Shown one piece after another: positions 38,732-49,945 of a DNA stretch of 64,000 nt. Each line of letters opens with the position of its first letter. The stretch's first letter is position 1. The translations under genes and the position numbers were made by a program. Origin of the DNA: a virus; IMG/VR virus record IMGVR_UViG_3300035703_000044, positions 1 through 64,000 of that record. One strand, 5' to 3'. A model generated the notes under the pieces. That model saw nothing but the letters and a program-made list of their open reading frames with translations, made no database searches and was not told the DNA's origin.

Positions 38732-39166
38732 ATGACTAACCTTGCACGTTATACTGCATCGGATCTTCCTACTCTTCTAGATAAGATCACTCGTAACAGT
38801 ATTGGAATGGATGAGTATCTTGATCGTATTTTCAATGTTCATGAAAGTACATCAAACTATCCACCATACAATCTTGTTCAGATAAGTAATGTAGAATCTC
38901 ATCTAGAGATTGCTCTTGCTGGATTCAAAAAGGAGGAAGTTCATGCGTACACAGAGTATGGAAAACTTTATGTCGAAGGACAAAAATCCGATATTGAATC
39001 GGACAGGACGTTTATCCACAAGGGTCTGGCTCAAAGAAGTTTTAAACGAGCGTGGACTTTATCCGACGACACAGAAGTTTCCAACGTCACATTTGAAGAT
39101 GGACTCCTCAGAATTGAACTGAAAAAAGTAGTTCCTGAACATCATGCACGTAAAGACTATATCTAA
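38732..39166 (+). CDS. hsp20: small heat shock protein Hsp20
   Basis: 'YPPYNL', 'EIALAGF', 'HKGLAQRSFKRAWTL', 'FEDGLLRIEL'. Confidence 0.95.
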   Translation: MTNLARYTASDLPTLLDKITRNSIGMDEYLDRIFNVHESTSNYPPYNLVQISNVESHLEIALAGFKKEEVHAYTEYGKLYVEGQKSDIESDRTFIHKGLAQRSFKRAWTLSDDTEVSNVTFEDGLLRIELKKVVPEHHARKDYI

Positions 39167-39190
39167 ATAGAACTGAATATCGTCGGCGCA

Positions 39191-39242
39191 GGGGAACGAC
39201 TGGCAAAATCCAGTTGACTTCCCCCTTTTTTATTGGTATACT
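39191..39242 (+). terminator. terminator hairpin overlapping a sigma70-like promoter
   Basis: GGGGAA-CGACTGG..CCAGTTG-AC-TTCCCC plus T-run; TTGACT(39214)-N17-TATACT(39237). Confidence 0.75.
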
Positions 39243-39263
39243 GATTGAAGGCATTGGAGTATT

Positions 39264-39632
39264 ATGACTGTAAAACTTGCACTTTTAAAGTCTGGTGAGG
39301 ATGTAATATCTGACATACAGGAGATGGTTGTAGTTGATGATGATGGTAACGAAAAAATAATCGGGTACTTTTTTACAAAACCATGTGTAGTAAAACTTCT
39401 CAATCCAGACAACCTTTCGGATCAAAATGGAAATAAAGCTTTTGAGATAAGTATGTTTCCTTGGTTCCCTCTTTCAAAAGACACAAAGATTCCAGTTACC
39501 GCTGATTGGGTAGTTACTTTGGTAGAACCAATTGAAAAACTAAAAACAATGTATACAGAAGGAGTTTTAGACTATGGAAAACGTAAAGATTCTAGTTCTA
39601 ATGAACAATCAAATTCTGATATCTCAGATTGA
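39264..39632 (+). CDS. conserved Sm-like hypothetical protein
   Basis: 'VKLALLKSGEDVISD...PW.PLSKD..DWVVT.VEP'. Confidence 0.7.
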   Translation: MTVKLALLKSGEDVISDIQEMVVVDDDGNEKIIGYFFTKPCVVKLLNPDNLSDQNGNKAFEISMFPWFPLSKDTKIPVTADWVVTLVEPIEKLKTMYTEGVLDYGKRKDSSSNEQSNSDISD

Positions 39633-39831
39633 AGAAGTTGGAGCTGATATTGGAGAACCAGATTGTAAATTGATCGAACCATTTGTTCTTGATACTAATA
39701 CGGAAACTTTGACACCTTGGTTAGTCAATGTTACAAATCAAAATACATTCATGATTAATTCGGATAAGATTATTACAATTTCTGATCCCAAACCCACCCT
39801 TGTTGAAAAGTACCAGAACTTGATTAAATGA
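39574..39831 (+). CDS. conserved hypothetical protein
   Basis: 'ADIGEPDCKLIEPF'; directly upstream of gp43. Confidence 0.7.
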   Translation: MENVKILVLMNNQILISQIEEVGADIGEPDCKLIEPFVLDTNTETLTPWLVNVTNQNTFMINSDKIITISDPKPTLVEKYQNLIK

Positions 39832-42326
39832 GATTTTATACCAACGTGCAAATGATCGGGAACCAGTTTCTCGTTCGTGGTTATGATAATGGTAAACATG
39901 TAATGTTCAAAGAAGAGTTTTCTCCAACTCTTTTTGTTCCTAGTAAAAAAGAATCAAAATATAAAACTCTTGATGGGGAGAATGTAGAACCTATTGTTCC
40001 TGGTTCTGTTCGAGACTGTCGAGAGTTTTACAAAAAATACGATGACGTAGATGGATTCAAGATCTATGGGAATGATCGTTATGTCTGTCAGTATATTTCT
40101 GACAAATATCCTGAGGATGAAATCAAGTTTGATATCTCAAAAATCAAACTGGTAACAGTTGATATTGAGGTTGCTTCTGAGAATGGATTTCCAGATACGG
40201 AATCCGCATCGGAGGAAATGCTTACTATTACTATCCAAGACTACACCACAAAAAATATTATTACTTGGGGTGTAAAACCATTCATCAATAAACAATCAAA
40301 CGTTAAGTATATTGAATGTGAATCTGAGTATCAATTACTCCAGAGTTTCATGGACTACTGGACTAGAAATACTCCAGAAGTGATTACTGGATGGAACATT
40401 GAATTTTATGATATTCCTTACATTTGTCGTAGGTTGAATCGAGTTCTTGGTGAGAAGGTGATGAAATCATTTTCTCCTTGGGGGTTGGTTACTGAGAAAG
40501 AAGTTTATGTAAATGGTAGGAAACAAATTTGTTATGATATTGGTGGTCTCTCAGTTCTTGATTACCTGCACCTGTACAAATGGTCTCCAGGAACTCCCAA
40601 TCAAGAGAGTTATAGACTGGATTACATTGCTCAACAAGAACTTGGTCAACAGAAACTTGATCACTCTGAGTATGATACTTTCAAAGAATTTTATACAAAG
40701 GGATGGCAAAAATTTGTTGAGTATAACATCATTGACGTAGAACTTGTAGACAAACTAGAGGATAAACTAAAGTTAATTGAACTTGCAATTACTCTTGCAT
40801 ATGATGCAAAGGTTAATTATGCAGATATTTTCTATCAAGTTCGAATGTGGGATAATATTATTTACAATTATCTTAAAAAGAGGAACATAGTTATTCCCCC
40901 AAAGGTTAAGACAGAAAAGAGTGAGAAGTATGCTGGCGCATATGTAAAGGAACCTAAACCAGGAGTTTATGATTGGGTCGTTAACTTTGACCTTAACTCT
41001 CTATATCCTCACCTAATTATGATGTATAACATTTCACCAGAAACTCTGATGGATGAAAGACATCCTACATCGTCAGTTGATAGAATTCTCAACCAAGAAG
41101 TAAGTTTTGAACTGTATAAAAACTATGCAGTTTGTGCAAATGGGGCAATGTTCCGCAAGGATTCTCGTGGAATGCTTCCAGAACTTATGGAAAAGATGTA
41201 TAACGAACGTGTTATCTTCAAAAAGAAGATGATTGAGGCAAAGAAAAAGTATGAGAAGACTCCAACCAAAGAACTGGAGAAAGAAATCTCTAGGTGTAAT
41301 AATATCCAGATGGCAAAGAAAATTTCACTTAACTCTGCCTATGGGGCCATTGGAAATCAGTACTTTCGTTACTATAAACTTGAGAATGCGGAGGCCATTA
41401 CTCTTAGTGGACAGGTTGCCATCCGATGGATCGAAGGAAAAATGAATACATATCTGAATAAGATTCTTAAAACAGAGGATGTGGATTATGTTATTGCTTC
41501 AGATACTGATTCTATCTACCTTAATATGGGTCCTTTGGTTGAACGTGTATTCAAAGGAAGAGAGAAAACTACTGAGGGCATTGTTTCGTTCCTTGATAAG
41601 GTCTGTCAAATGGAACTTGAAAAGTATATTGAGGGTTCTTACCAAGAATTGGCTGACTATGTGAATGCTTATGATCAGAAGATGTTCATGAAACGTGAAA
41701 ACATTGCTGATCGTGGTATTTGGACTGCAAAGAAACGTTATATTCTCAATGTATGGGATAGTGAAGGTGTTCGATACTCTGAACCCAAACTTAAAATCAT
41801 GGGTATTGAGGCAGTAAAATCATCAACTCCCGCACCTTGTCGTAAGATGATTAAGGATGCACTTAAACTTATGATGAATGGAACTGAAGATGATGTAATT
41901 GACTTCATTGAAAAGAGTAGGAATGAGTTCAAGAAACTTCCTCCAGAACAAATCTCATTTCCGAGATCAGCTTCTGATGTAACTAAGTATTCTTCTAACT
42001 CAACAATCTATGAGAAAGGTACTCCAATCCATGTTAGGGGTGCATTACTCTTCAACTACTACATCAAGAAGGAAAACCTCAAAAATAAATACTCTCTTAT
42101 TCAGAATGGAGAAAAAATCAAGTTCTGTTACTTGAAGAAACCAAATCCAATTTATGAAAATGTGATCTCATTCATTCAAGATTTTCCAAAGGAACTCAAC
42201 CTTGACAAATACATAGACTACGAACTACAATTTGAGAAAGCATTTCTAGAACCCTTGAAAGGCATCCTTGATGCTATTGGATGGAATGTAGAAAAAACCG
42301 TAAACCTTGATTCATTTTTCTTCTGA
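39828..42326 (+). CDS. gp43: family B DNA polymerase gp43
   Basis: ExoI 'DIE', 'FDLNSLYP', 'KISLNSAYG', 'SDTDS', C-terminal clamp motif 'NLDSFFF'. Confidence 0.99.
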   Translation: MRFYTNVQMIGNQFLVRGYDNGKHVMFKEEFSPTLFVPSKKESKYKTLDGENVEPIVPGSVRDCREFYKKYDDVDGFKIYGNDRYVCQYISDKYPEDEIKFDISKIKLVTVDIEVASENGFPDTESASEEMLTITIQDYTTKNIITWGVKPFINKQSNVKYIECESEYQLLQSFMDYWTRNTPEVITGWNIEFYDIPYICRRLNRVLGEKVMKSFSPWGLVTEKEVYVNGRKQICYDIGGLSVLDYLHLYKWSPGTPNQESYRLDYIAQQELGQQKLDHSEYDTFKEFYTKGWQKFVEYNIIDVELVDKLEDKLKLIELAITLAYDAKVNYADIFYQVRMWDNIIYNYLKKRNIVIPPKVKTEKSEKYAGAYVKEPKPGVYDWVVNFDLNSLYPHLIMMYNISPETLMDERHPTSSVDRILNQEVSFELYKNYAVCANGAMFRKDSRGMLPELMEKMYNERVIFKKKMIEAKKKYEKTPTKELEKEISRCNNIQMAKKISLNSAYGAIGNQYFRYYKLENAEAITLSGQVAIRWIEGKMNTYLNKILKTEDVDYVIASDTDSIYLNMGPLVERVFKGREKTTEGIVSFLDKVCQMELEKYIEGSYQELADYVNAYDQKMFMKRENIADRGIWTAKKRYILNVWDSEGVRYSEPKLKIMGIEAVKSSTPAPCRKMIKDALKLMMNGTEDDVIDFIEKSRNEFKKLPPEQISFPRSASDVTKYSSNSTIYEKGTPIHVRGALLFNYYIKKENLKNKYSLIQNGEKIKFCYLKKPNPIYENVISFIQDFPKELNLDKYIDYELQFEKAFLEPLKGILDAIGWNVEKTVNLDSFFF

Positions 42327-43333
42327 TGGACTTCTTAAAAGATATTGTAAAAGAAATAGGTGACGACTTTACTAAGTTGGCATCAGATATTGACGAAACA
42401 GAAACTTATGTTGATACGGGTTCATACATTTTTAATGCACTGGTCTCAGGTAGTGTATTTGGTGGTGTATCTGGGAATAAGATTACTGCTATTGCTGGAG
42501 AGTCTTCTACTGGAAAGACTTTTTTCTCTCTCGCCGTGGTTAAGAACTTTCTTGATTCTAATCCCGATGGTTACTGTCTCTACTTTGACACTGAAGCTGC
42601 TATCACTAAATCACTTATAGAATCCCGTGGAATTGATACTACTCGTCTGGTTGTTGTTAACGTTGTTACTATTGAGGAGTTTCGTACAAAGGCACTCAAA
42701 GCCGTAGATATGTATTTGAAAGCTCCAGTAGAAGATCGCAAACCTTGTATGTTTGTGTTAGACTCTTTGGGAATGCTTTCTACAACCAAAGAAATTACCG
42801 ATGCACTGAATGAAAAGGAAGTTCGGGATATGACTAAATCCCAACTTATCAAAGGTGCATTCCGAATGCTCACACTCAAACTAGGACAAGCAAATGTACC
42901 ACTCATTGTCACAAATCATACATACGATGTCATCGGAGCTTATGTACCAACGAAAGAAATGGGGGGAGGTTCTGGACTCAAATACGCAGCAAGTACGATC
43001 ATTTATCTCAGCAAGAAAAAAGAAAAGGATGGAACGGAAGTGGTCGGAAATATTATCAAGGCTAAGACTGCTAAATCGCGTTTGAGTAAAGAGAATAAAG
43101 ATGTTGAAGTTCGTCTTTACTACGATGAGCGTGGTCTTGATCGTTACTATGGTCTTCTTGAACTCGGTGAGATTGGTGGACTTTGGAAGAATGTAGCCGG
43201 TCGATATGAGATTGATGGTAAGAAGATTTATGCTAAACAGATTCTAAAGGAACCTGAACTATACTTCACAGAAGAAGTAATGCAACAACTGGATCAAATC
43301 GCACGTAAGGAATTTAGTTATGGAGAAAGTTGA
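42326..43333 (+). CDS. uvsX: RecA-like recombinase UvsX
   Basis: 'GESSTGKT', 'VLDSLG', '[12 protein letters not shown]'. Confidence 0.97.
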   Translation: MDFLKDIVKEIGDDFTKLASDIDETETYVDTGSYIFNALVSGSVFGGVSGNKITAIAGESSTGKTFFSLAVVKNFLDSNPDGYCLYFDTEAAITKSLIESRGIDTTRLVVVNVVTIEEFRTKALKAVDMYLKAPVEDRKPCMFVLDSLGMLSTTKEITDALNEKEVRDMTKSQLIKGAFRMLTLKLGQANVPLIVTNHTYDVIGAYVPTKEMGGGSGLKYAASTIIYLSKKKEKDGTEVVGNIIKAKTAKSRLSKENKDVEVRLYYDERGLDRYYGLLELGEIGGLWKNVAGRYEIDGKKIYAKQILKEPELYFTEEVMQQLDQIARKEFSYGES

Positions 43334-44696
43334 GTTTCTAATTCTTAGGAACCTATTACATAATGAAGAATACATTCGTAAGGTAATACCATTTCTAAAA
43401 TCTGAGTATTTTGAAGATACAAATCAAAGAATTGTCTTTGAAGAAATTCTATCCTTCATCCAAGAATACAATCAACCTGCAACTAAAGAAGTTCTTTGTA
43501 TTGAGGTAGAAAATCGTAAAGACATTAATGACACTTCTTTTAAGGAAATCGTTCATCTTATCAATAATTTGGATAATGTTCCTGTTGAACTGGAGTGGTT
43601 GATTGATACTACTGAAAAGTGGTGTCGTGATCGTGCAATCTACATCGCACTTATGGAATCAATCCATATTGCAGATGGTAAAGATGAGAAAAAGAATCGT
43701 GATAGTATTCCAAGTATTCTTTCAGATGCCTTATCAGTATCTTTCGATACACACATCGGACACGATTATCTGTTAGACTACGAACAACGTTATGAGTCCT
43801 ATCATAGAAAGGAAGAGAAAATTGAATTCGACCTTGAATATTTTAACAAGATCACAAAAGGTGGTTTACCTAATAAGACTCTTAATATCGCTCTGGCTGG
43901 TACGGGTGTCGGAAAGAGTCTCTTTATGTGCCATGTTGCTTCTTCCGTCTTATTGCAAGGCCGCAACGTTCTCTACATCACTCTTGAGATGGCGGAGGAA
44001 CGAATTGCTGAAAGAATTGATGCAAACCTCCTGAACGTTCCTATTCAAGATATTGGTAACCTTCCAAAACAGATGTTTGAAAGTAAGGTAACCAATCTTT
44101 CCAAGAAAACTCAAGGTACTTTGATTATTAAAGAGTACCCTACTGCATCTGCACACTCTGGACATTTCAAGTCTCTTCTGAATGAACTTGCATTGAAGAA
44201 GTCTTTCCGTCCTGATATCATCTTTATTGACTATCTGAACATCTGTGCATCTTCGAGATACAAAGGTAATCTTTCTGTGAACTCTTATTCTTATATTAAG
44301 GCAATTGCAGAAGAACTTCGTGGTCTTGCAGTGGAGTTTAATGTTCCTATTGTAAGTGCCACTCAGACAACTCGTTCTGGTTATGGTAGTTCTGATGTGG
44401 AACTGACTGATACCTCAGAAAGTTTTGGTCTCCCTGCTACTGCTGACTTGATGTTTGCGTTGATTTCTACAGAAGATTTGGAAGGTCTTGGTCAAATTCT
44501 AGTCAAACAACTTAAGAACCGATATAATGACCCTACCATTCATAAGCGTTTCGTGATTGGTATTGATCGCGCTAAGATGCGTCTTTATGACTGCGAACAA
44601 TCTGCTCAACAAGATATCCTTGACAATGGAAAGGATGAGGAGTATGATTATGAAGAAAAGAAACCAAAGAAAACATTTGAGGGATTTAAATTCTGA
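43320..44696 (+). CDS. gp41: replicative helicase gp41
   Basis: 'AGTGVGKS', 'LEMAEE', 'IDYLN', '[11 protein letters not shown]'. Confidence 0.98.
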   Translation: MEKVEFLILRNLLHNEEYIRKVIPFLKSEYFEDTNQRIVFEEILSFIQEYNQPATKEVLCIEVENRKDINDTSFKEIVHLINNLDNVPVELEWLIDTTEKWCRDRAIYIALMESIHIADGKDEKKNRDSIPSILSDALSVSFDTHIGHDYLLDYEQRYESYHRKEEKIEFDLEYFNKITKGGLPNKTLNIALAGTGVGKSLFMCHVASSVLLQGRNVLYITLEMAEERIAERIDANLLNVPIQDIGNLPKQMFESKVTNLSKKTQGTLIIKEYPTASAHSGHFKSLLNELALKKSFRPDIIFIDYLNICASSRYKGNLSVNSYSYIKAIAEELRGLAVEFNVPIVSATQTTRSGYGSSDVELTDTSESFGLPATADLMFALISTEDLEGLGQILVKQLKNRYNDPTIHKRFVIGIDRAKMRLYDCEQSAQQDILDNGKDEEYDYEEKKPKKTFEGFKF

Positions 44697-44697
44697 T

Positions 44698-45111
44698 ATG
44701 ACACAAGTTATTGATACAAACAAATATATTGAATTCGTTCGCCAAACTACAAGTCCTGCAAGCAGTGACTTTGCTCAACTTCTTTCTCGTCTGACTGAAC
44801 TTGAAGCAACTGCTGATGCTGATGTTCCTCGCCTTCTTACTGCTGCTCTTGGTATGAGTGCTGAATGTGGAGAACTGGTAGAAATTATCAAGAAAATTCT
44901 ACTGCAGGGAAAATCTTATAATGAAGACAATGTTATTCATATGAAAAAAGAAGCAGGTGATGTACTTTGGTATATGTCTCAACTTTGTATTGCTCTTGAT
45001 ACTACATTTGAAGAACTGATGGAAATCAATTATCAAAAACTATCGGCAAGATATCCAGAAGGAACTTTTTCTGTCTATAAGTCAGAAAATAGGGCAGAAG
45101 GGGATATTTGA
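44698..45111 (+). CDS. mazG: MazG-like nucleotide pyrophosphohydrolase
   Basis: 'LGMSAECGELVEIIKK', 'KEAGDVLWY', 'KLSARYP'. Confidence 0.9.
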   Translation: MTQVIDTNKYIEFVRQTTSPASSDFAQLLSRLTELEATADADVPRLLTAALGMSAECGELVEIIKKILLQGKSYNEDNVIHMKKEAGDVLWYMSQLCIALDTTFEELMEINYQKLSARYPEGTFSVYKSENRAEGDI

Positions 45112-45116
45112 TTTAT

Positions 45117-45140
45117 GGAGGTTGAAAAACCTCCTTTTTT
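45117..45140 (+). terminator. intrinsic terminator after mazG
   Basis: GGAGGT-TGAAAA-ACCTCC followed by T6. Confidence 0.75.
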
Positions 45141-45193
45141 GTTATTTCTATAATCTCTATAATTTATAAATAATGATAGAGTTAAAGTCAATT

Positions 45194-45922
45194 ATGAATT
45201 ATATTGTGTATGCATATTGTAATGAATTTGGAAAATTTTATTATATTGGTAGAGGGAGAGTAGGTAGAGAAATTGAAAATCATAAAAGGATAAAAGTTCC
45301 TCCTAGAGAAAGAATTTTAATACTCCATAAAAATCTAACTAAACAAGAAAGTGTTGATTATGAAAAAGGTTTAATTAAATTTTATGGAAGAAAAATTGAT
45401 GGTGGAATATTAGAAAATTTAAGTATAGGTGGGCATTGTGGTTCTGAAGGAGTTCCTCCTTGGAATAAAGGTAAAAAATGTGAATATATTTCAGAATCAA
45501 ATAGTAGAAGAATTGGTGAATTGCATCCTTTTTATGGAAAACCTTTACCAAAAAAGATGAGAGATAAGATTAGCCAATCCAACAAAGGAAAAAAACATAC
45601 TGAAGAATCAAAAAATAAAATTAGTGAGAGTAATCTTGGAATTAAAAAAACAGAGGAACACAGAAAAAATATAAGTAAAGGTAAAAAAGGTATGAAGCAA
45701 TCTGAAACTCATAGACAAAATAATTCTAAAAGTAAGTGTAAGTTTTTATATAAAATTGAAACTCCCACTGGAGAAATTGTTGAAACTGAAAATATGAGGA
45801 AATTTAGTATTGAAAATAATCTACCTCCAGCATCTATGCATAGGTTATCTACTGGTCAGTATATTGAATATCGTGGATATAAATTAGTTGATAAGATTGA
45901 GTTAATAGTGAAACCAACTTGA
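45194..45922 (+). mobile_element. free-standing GIY-YIG homing endonuclease with NUMOD3 repeats
   Basis: 'YIVYAY....FYYIGRG', 'GILEN...GG', 'PWNKGK', repeated 'GKKHTEESK.KIS'; AT-rich; TATAAATA at 45165; alternative start at 45173. Confidence 0.85.
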
Positions 45923-45947
45923 CTTTATTTTTTTTGTGTGGTATAAT
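45919..45947 (+). promoter_or_regulatory. sigma70-like promoter
   Basis: TTGACT-N17-TATAAT. Confidence 0.75.
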
Positions 45948-45967
45948 CAAACAGAAAAGGAGAAAAT

Positions 45968-46156
45968 ATGAAAACACTAACATCTTTTATTGCTCCAGAA
46001 AAATCAAAGTTTATGTTCCAAAATACCCCTCAAGGACCTGTGATGTGGGTTGTGTCTGATGAAGGCAACCAGAAACTTTTTAGATTTCGTGGAAAAACAA
46101 TCCGTGATACTAACAAAAACTTTTTACACATGAAATATTATTTGGAGGAAGTATGA
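45968..46156 (+). CDS. hypothetical protein
   Basis: 62 aa ORF with AAGGAG RBS, downstream of a promoter. Confidence 0.65.
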   Translation: MKTLTSFIAPEKSKFMFQNTPQGPVMWVVSDEGNQKLFRFRGKTIRDTNKNFLHMKYYLEEV

Positions 46157-46338
46157 GTAAAGAAAAGCAAGTAACTGTTAAAATGGATGCTCGTACTGCG
46201 GCTGCAGTTCGTCAAGTTTTATTTGATTCTCAAAAAGGATACACTTATGATGAAGTAAGTGTTCCTCCTCGAATTTCTGATATTCGTGGAGTTATTGTGC
46301 AACTTGATGAAAGTATTGGTACTGCTCTTGGTGTTTGA
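46153..46338 (+). CDS. conserved hypothetical protein
   Basis: 61 aa ORF with GGAGG RBS and ATGA coupling. Confidence 0.7.
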   Translation: MSKEKQVTVKMDARTAAAVRQVLFDSQKGYTYDEVSVPPRISDIRGVIVQLDESIGTALGV

Positions 46339-46365
46339 CCCTTCGGGGTCTTTTTTTTATAAATA
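46337..46365 (+). terminator. UUCG-loop terminator running into a late promoter
   Basis: GACCC-TTCG-GGGTC, T8, then TATAAATA. Confidence 0.85.
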
Positions 46366-46387
46366 ACTAAAAAAGTATTTGCAAAAA

Positions 46388-47059
46388 ATGGATACCAAAG
46401 ATCTTAAGGGTTTGATGGAAGCATATTCTGAAGTTTATGCTCCTCAAGAAGTTGATGAAGCACTAGATAAGAGATTTGATTCAATGAGAAAGCGTGGTGG
46501 AAGAAGTGCTCCTCCAGAAGAGCGTTCTGTTGGTGGTGAAATGAATAGAAAAAATAAAGATTATTGGGCAGATACTCTAGGTAAAGGTAGAGATAGAGGA
46601 AAGGGCAGTAAAGCAGCAAGAAGAGTAGCAGCACTTAAGAATGAAGAACTTGATATCTTTGACGTGGTTCTTGAGTTTCTCCAAGTAGAAGGGTTTGCAG
46701 AAACTCTGGAAGAAGCAGAGTGGATGATGGCGAATGTGATTGATGAGGAAGCAATTGGTATTATTCTTGGTGAAGCTAATAAAGAAAATAAGCAAAAAAA
46801 GAACGATGCTATTTCTAAAATAATTCAGAAAAAACTTCATCCTTCAGTTTTACCATCATTAACTTATGGTAGAAGAGAATTGAAAAAAGAAGATTATGTA
46901 AATGAAGCACAACACGCTCGTGAGAACCCAGAGAAGTATGAAAGAGAGCAGGCAAAGAAATCTGCTCCTGTTCGTGGAGAAAGAACTCCTATGCCACCAA
47001 GAGGTGATAAGCGTAGAGAGGACTTTGAGAAGTGGTATGCTAAACAGATGGGTCGCTGA
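46388..47059 (+). CDS. late hypothetical protein, putative internal head protein
   Basis: 'LMEAYSEVY', 'LQVEGFAETLEEAEWMM'; basic modules separated by xxE sites. Confidence 0.65.
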   Translation: MDTKDLKGLMEAYSEVYAPQEVDEALDKRFDSMRKRGGRSAPPEERSVGGEMNRKNKDYWADTLGKGRDRGKGSKAARRVAALKNEELDIFDVVLEFLQVEGFAETLEEAEWMMANVIDEEAIGIILGEANKENKQKKNDAISKIIQKKLHPSVLPSLTYGRRELKKEDYVNEAQHARENPEKYEREQAKKSAPVRGERTPMPPRGDKRREDFEKWYAKQMGR

Positions 47060-47082
47060 TAAATAAATCGGAAGGTTGCTCT

Positions 47083-47117
47083 AACCCCTTGACTTTTTAG
47101 TTGAGGGGTTTTATAAT
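47083..47117 (+). promoter_or_regulatory. sigma70-like promoter within a hairpin, driving tRNA-Ala
   Basis: TTGACT(47089)-N17-TATAAT(47112); AACCCCTTGACT / AGTTGAGGGGTT inverted repeat. Confidence 0.75.
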
Positions 47118-47126
47118 GTCTTTATT

Positions 47127-47200
47127 GGGGGATTAGCTCAGTTGGTAGTAGCGCATCCTTTGCAAGGATGATGTCATCGGTTCGAGTCCGATATCTTCCA
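47127..47200 (+). tRNA. tRNA-Ala(UGC)
   Basis: Cloverleaf; CATCC-TT-TGC-AA-GGATG; G3:U70 identity pair. Confidence 0.92.
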
Positions 47201-47231
47201 CTTCTAAATACTTGAAAGAGTATTTCTATAG

Positions 47232-48626
47232 ATGTCTAGATTTTCTGGTAAGGATACAGAAACTTATACTGAGATCTTAGCTCAAGTTTGCTTAGCATAT
47301 TCTATATCTACAAATAAACCATTAACAAAAGGTGAGTTAATAACGGGATCAACTTTAAATCCAAAAGTTGTTTCTTTAATTAGTAGGTATATGATAACTC
47401 AATCTAGTGTTAATCTAACAAGAACTAGTTTTACTTCCGGATTTGTTGAATATATTAAAGGTGATGTTAGTTCTGGATTAAATTGGGTAGATGCTCAAGG
47501 TAGAAATATGATGGAGGTAAAGAAGAGATTTAAAATAGGAACAAAACATAAAGTTTATAATGATAAACTTTTTGAAGGAGGGCAGTCGGATAATAATCCA
47601 TATACTGCATTTTTGAGAGCAAAAACTGGAGCAAAAACTGATAAATGGAATCCTGCTGATATTTGGGTGATGAATTTGGAGGGAAGACAAGCATTAAAAA
47701 GATTGAATAGGAGAGTTCAAACAAGATCAAAAGTATCTCTTGAATATTGTAATCAATTTTTGGCAGATCAATTTTCTAAAGGTAATATCATTCCAATTTC
47801 TTTAAAAAAACCTCAAAAAACTCCACATATTGATATTGTTAATAGTAACGAATATGTAACTAGAATTTCTCTTGGAAAGTCTCCTAATCCTACAATTGAA
47901 TATGACTATGGAAATAAAGATGTGAAAATTAATTTTACTATTGAAACTGTTGAACTTGCCAAAGGACAAAAAGCATCAACAGCAAGAAGAAATCCGAATA
48001 GCATCACAGGTAAAGTAGTTCCTGGATCCGAAAAGCATATCAGGTTAAAATATCACGTAGACAATAAAAAAGTAGAACTTGAATATTCTCAAACTGGAAA
48101 GGGAATGAATTATGCTGCTGCAAAGATGGGAAATCTTGGTGCAGATAATTTTCAAAAAATTATTAATCAAACTTCAAGGCAGGGGGTAAATAAACTTAAT
48201 AACATTCAATCAAAATATGATGATATTGATATCAAAACTAATCCTTGGTTTAATGGAAAACAACTTGGTGTTGTTAAAGCAAGAAAAGAAGTTTCAAAAA
48301 TTGCTCCACATTATGATAGAATTGCAGAATATGTTGGTGAAATATGGAAAGAAATTAATGGAAACAATTTTGATTCTGGAAAAATGCGTGAACCAGACGC
48401 AATTTGGAGTAAAGCAAGAGCTGGTGAATTGGGATTATCTATACATTCCATTTCAAATGAGCAAGTTAAAAAACGAGTAATTCAAAATTTATATGAAGCA
48501 GCTGCTTCCATTAGTTACGTTACTGGATTAAATAAAGACGAAATGGAATTGGAGAAAGAAGTTGGTATGGATCCTTCTCCAAGAAAAACTAATTTTAATG
48601 CTAGTGTCTACGTAAAAGTATATTAA
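47232..48626 (+). CDS. putative PD-(D/E)xK-fold endonuclease-like protein
   Basis: 'DKWNPADIW....IPISLKK'; basic and AT-rich; fold call tentative. Confidence 0.5.
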   Translation: MSRFSGKDTETYTEILAQVCLAYSISTNKPLTKGELITGSTLNPKVVSLISRYMITQSSVNLTRTSFTSGFVEYIKGDVSSGLNWVDAQGRNMMEVKKRFKIGTKHKVYNDKLFEGGQSDNNPYTAFLRAKTGAKTDKWNPADIWVMNLEGRQALKRLNRRVQTRSKVSLEYCNQFLADQFSKGNIIPISLKKPQKTPHIDIVNSNEYVTRISLGKSPNPTIEYDYGNKDVKINFTIETVELAKGQKASTARRNPNSITGKVVPGSEKHIRLKYHVDNKKVELEYSQTGKGMNYAAAKMGNLGADNFQKIINQTSRQGVNKLNNIQSKYDDIDIKTNPWFNGKQLGVVKARKEVSKIAPHYDRIAEYVGEIWKEINGNNFDSGKMREPDAIWSKARAGELGLSIHSISNEQVKKRVIQNLYEAAASISYVTGLNKDEMELEKEVGMDPSPRKTNFNASVYVKVY

Positions 48627-48652
48627 TAAATATAAGTATATCAAGATAAACC

Positions 48653-49945
48653 ATGAAGAGTTTTTTCCAATTTCTAACTGAGGCAAAAGAATCGCAAGCA
48701 TCCGCTCAAGCGAGGAAACTCAACCTCAAGAGTGATGGACACGGGGGATGGTATGATTCCCGTGGAGAATTTGTTGCGAAAACAGAAGCAGGAAAACTCA
48801 AGTTTTATGATAAGGGAGAAAAGGTAGGTCAGAAGGATCAACCAAAGGAACCCGCAGAAAAGGCAAAACCTGCAAAGAAACCAACTGCAAAACCACAACC
48901 AACTACAACAACTCAAAAGAAATCTCCAGCAAAACCAGAAGGAGAAGGTGGAACTGGAGAGATTAGTGATACTTTAACTGTTGCTTTTGGACGTTTCAAT
49001 CCACCAACAGTAGGACATGAGAAACTTTTAAAGTCTGCTAGTAAGGTTGCTACTGGTGGAGATCTTAAGATTTATCCTTCAAGAACTCAGGATCCTAAGA
49101 AGAATCCATTAGATCCTGATATGAAGATCTCGTTTATGAAAAAGATGTTCCCCGATTTTGAAGATAATATTATTAATGATGATGAGATGAAATCAATCTT
49201 TAATGTATTGATTGCAGCAGCAGAAGCAGGATATGCAAATGTTAATATTGTTGTAGGTTCTGATCGTCAAGCAGAATTTGAGAACCTTGCACAGAAATAC
49301 AATGGTGATCTTTATGACTTTGATCTTATTCGTGTCATCTCTGCAGGTGTGAGAGATGCTGATGCGGAGGGTGTATCGGGAATGTCTGCTTCCAAGATGA
49401 GAAAGGCTGTGATGGATGATGACTTTGAATCATTCCGTAAAGGAACTCCCAAGACTCTTGATGATGGTGATGCACGTTCTTTATTTGATGCAGTCCGTCA
49501 AGGAATGGGCGCAAAGAAATCTAAAGTTCAGAAAGAAGGATATGCTCTCTGGGAGATTGCTCCTAAGTTTGATATGTGGAATCTCCGTGAACATTATGTC
49601 ACCAAGAAAATCTTTAGAATTGGTGATATTGTTGAGAACTTAAACACTGGATTGGTTGGTGAAATCATTCGTAGAGGTGCAAATCATCTTATTTGTGTAA
49701 CTGAAGAGGGTTGGATGTTTAAGTCTTGGATTAAAGATGTGATGGAATATAATGAAGTTAAGATGGAAAGAAAGATGAGAGTTCCTGGAAAGCCAAACAC
49801 TTTGGTTGGAACTGGTGGATACTTTAAATATGTTGCTGATATGACTCCTGGATTTAATAAAGGTGACAAGATGAATCTTCAACCTGGAGCAAAACCTTAT
49901 AGTGGTATTAAGAATTTCATAAATAAGTATAAGGTCAAGAAGTAA
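48653..49945 (+). CDS. cytidylyltransferase-like (HIGH-superfamily) nucleotidyltransferase
   Basis: 'FGRFNPPTVGHEKL', 'VVGSDR', 'MSASKMR'; N-terminus MKSFFQFLTE. Confidence 0.85.
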   Translation: MKSFFQFLTEAKESQASAQARKLNLKSDGHGGWYDSRGEFVAKTEAGKLKFYDKGEKVGQKDQPKEPAEKAKPAKKPTAKPQPTTTTQKKSPAKPEGEGGTGEISDTLTVAFGRFNPPTVGHEKLLKSASKVATGGDLKIYPSRTQDPKKNPLDPDMKISFMKKMFPDFEDNIINDDEMKSIFNVLIAAAEAGYANVNIVVGSDRQAEFENLAQKYNGDLYDFDLIRVISAGVRDADAEGVSGMSASKMRKAVMDDDFESFRKGTPKTLDDGDARSLFDAVRQGMGAKKSKVQKEGYALWEIAPKFDMWNLREHYVTKKIFRIGDIVENLNTGLVGEIIRRGANHLICVTEEGWMFKSWIKDVMEYNEVKMERKMRVPGKPNTLVGTGGYFKYVADMTPGFNKGDKMNLQPGAKPYSGIKNFINKYKVKK

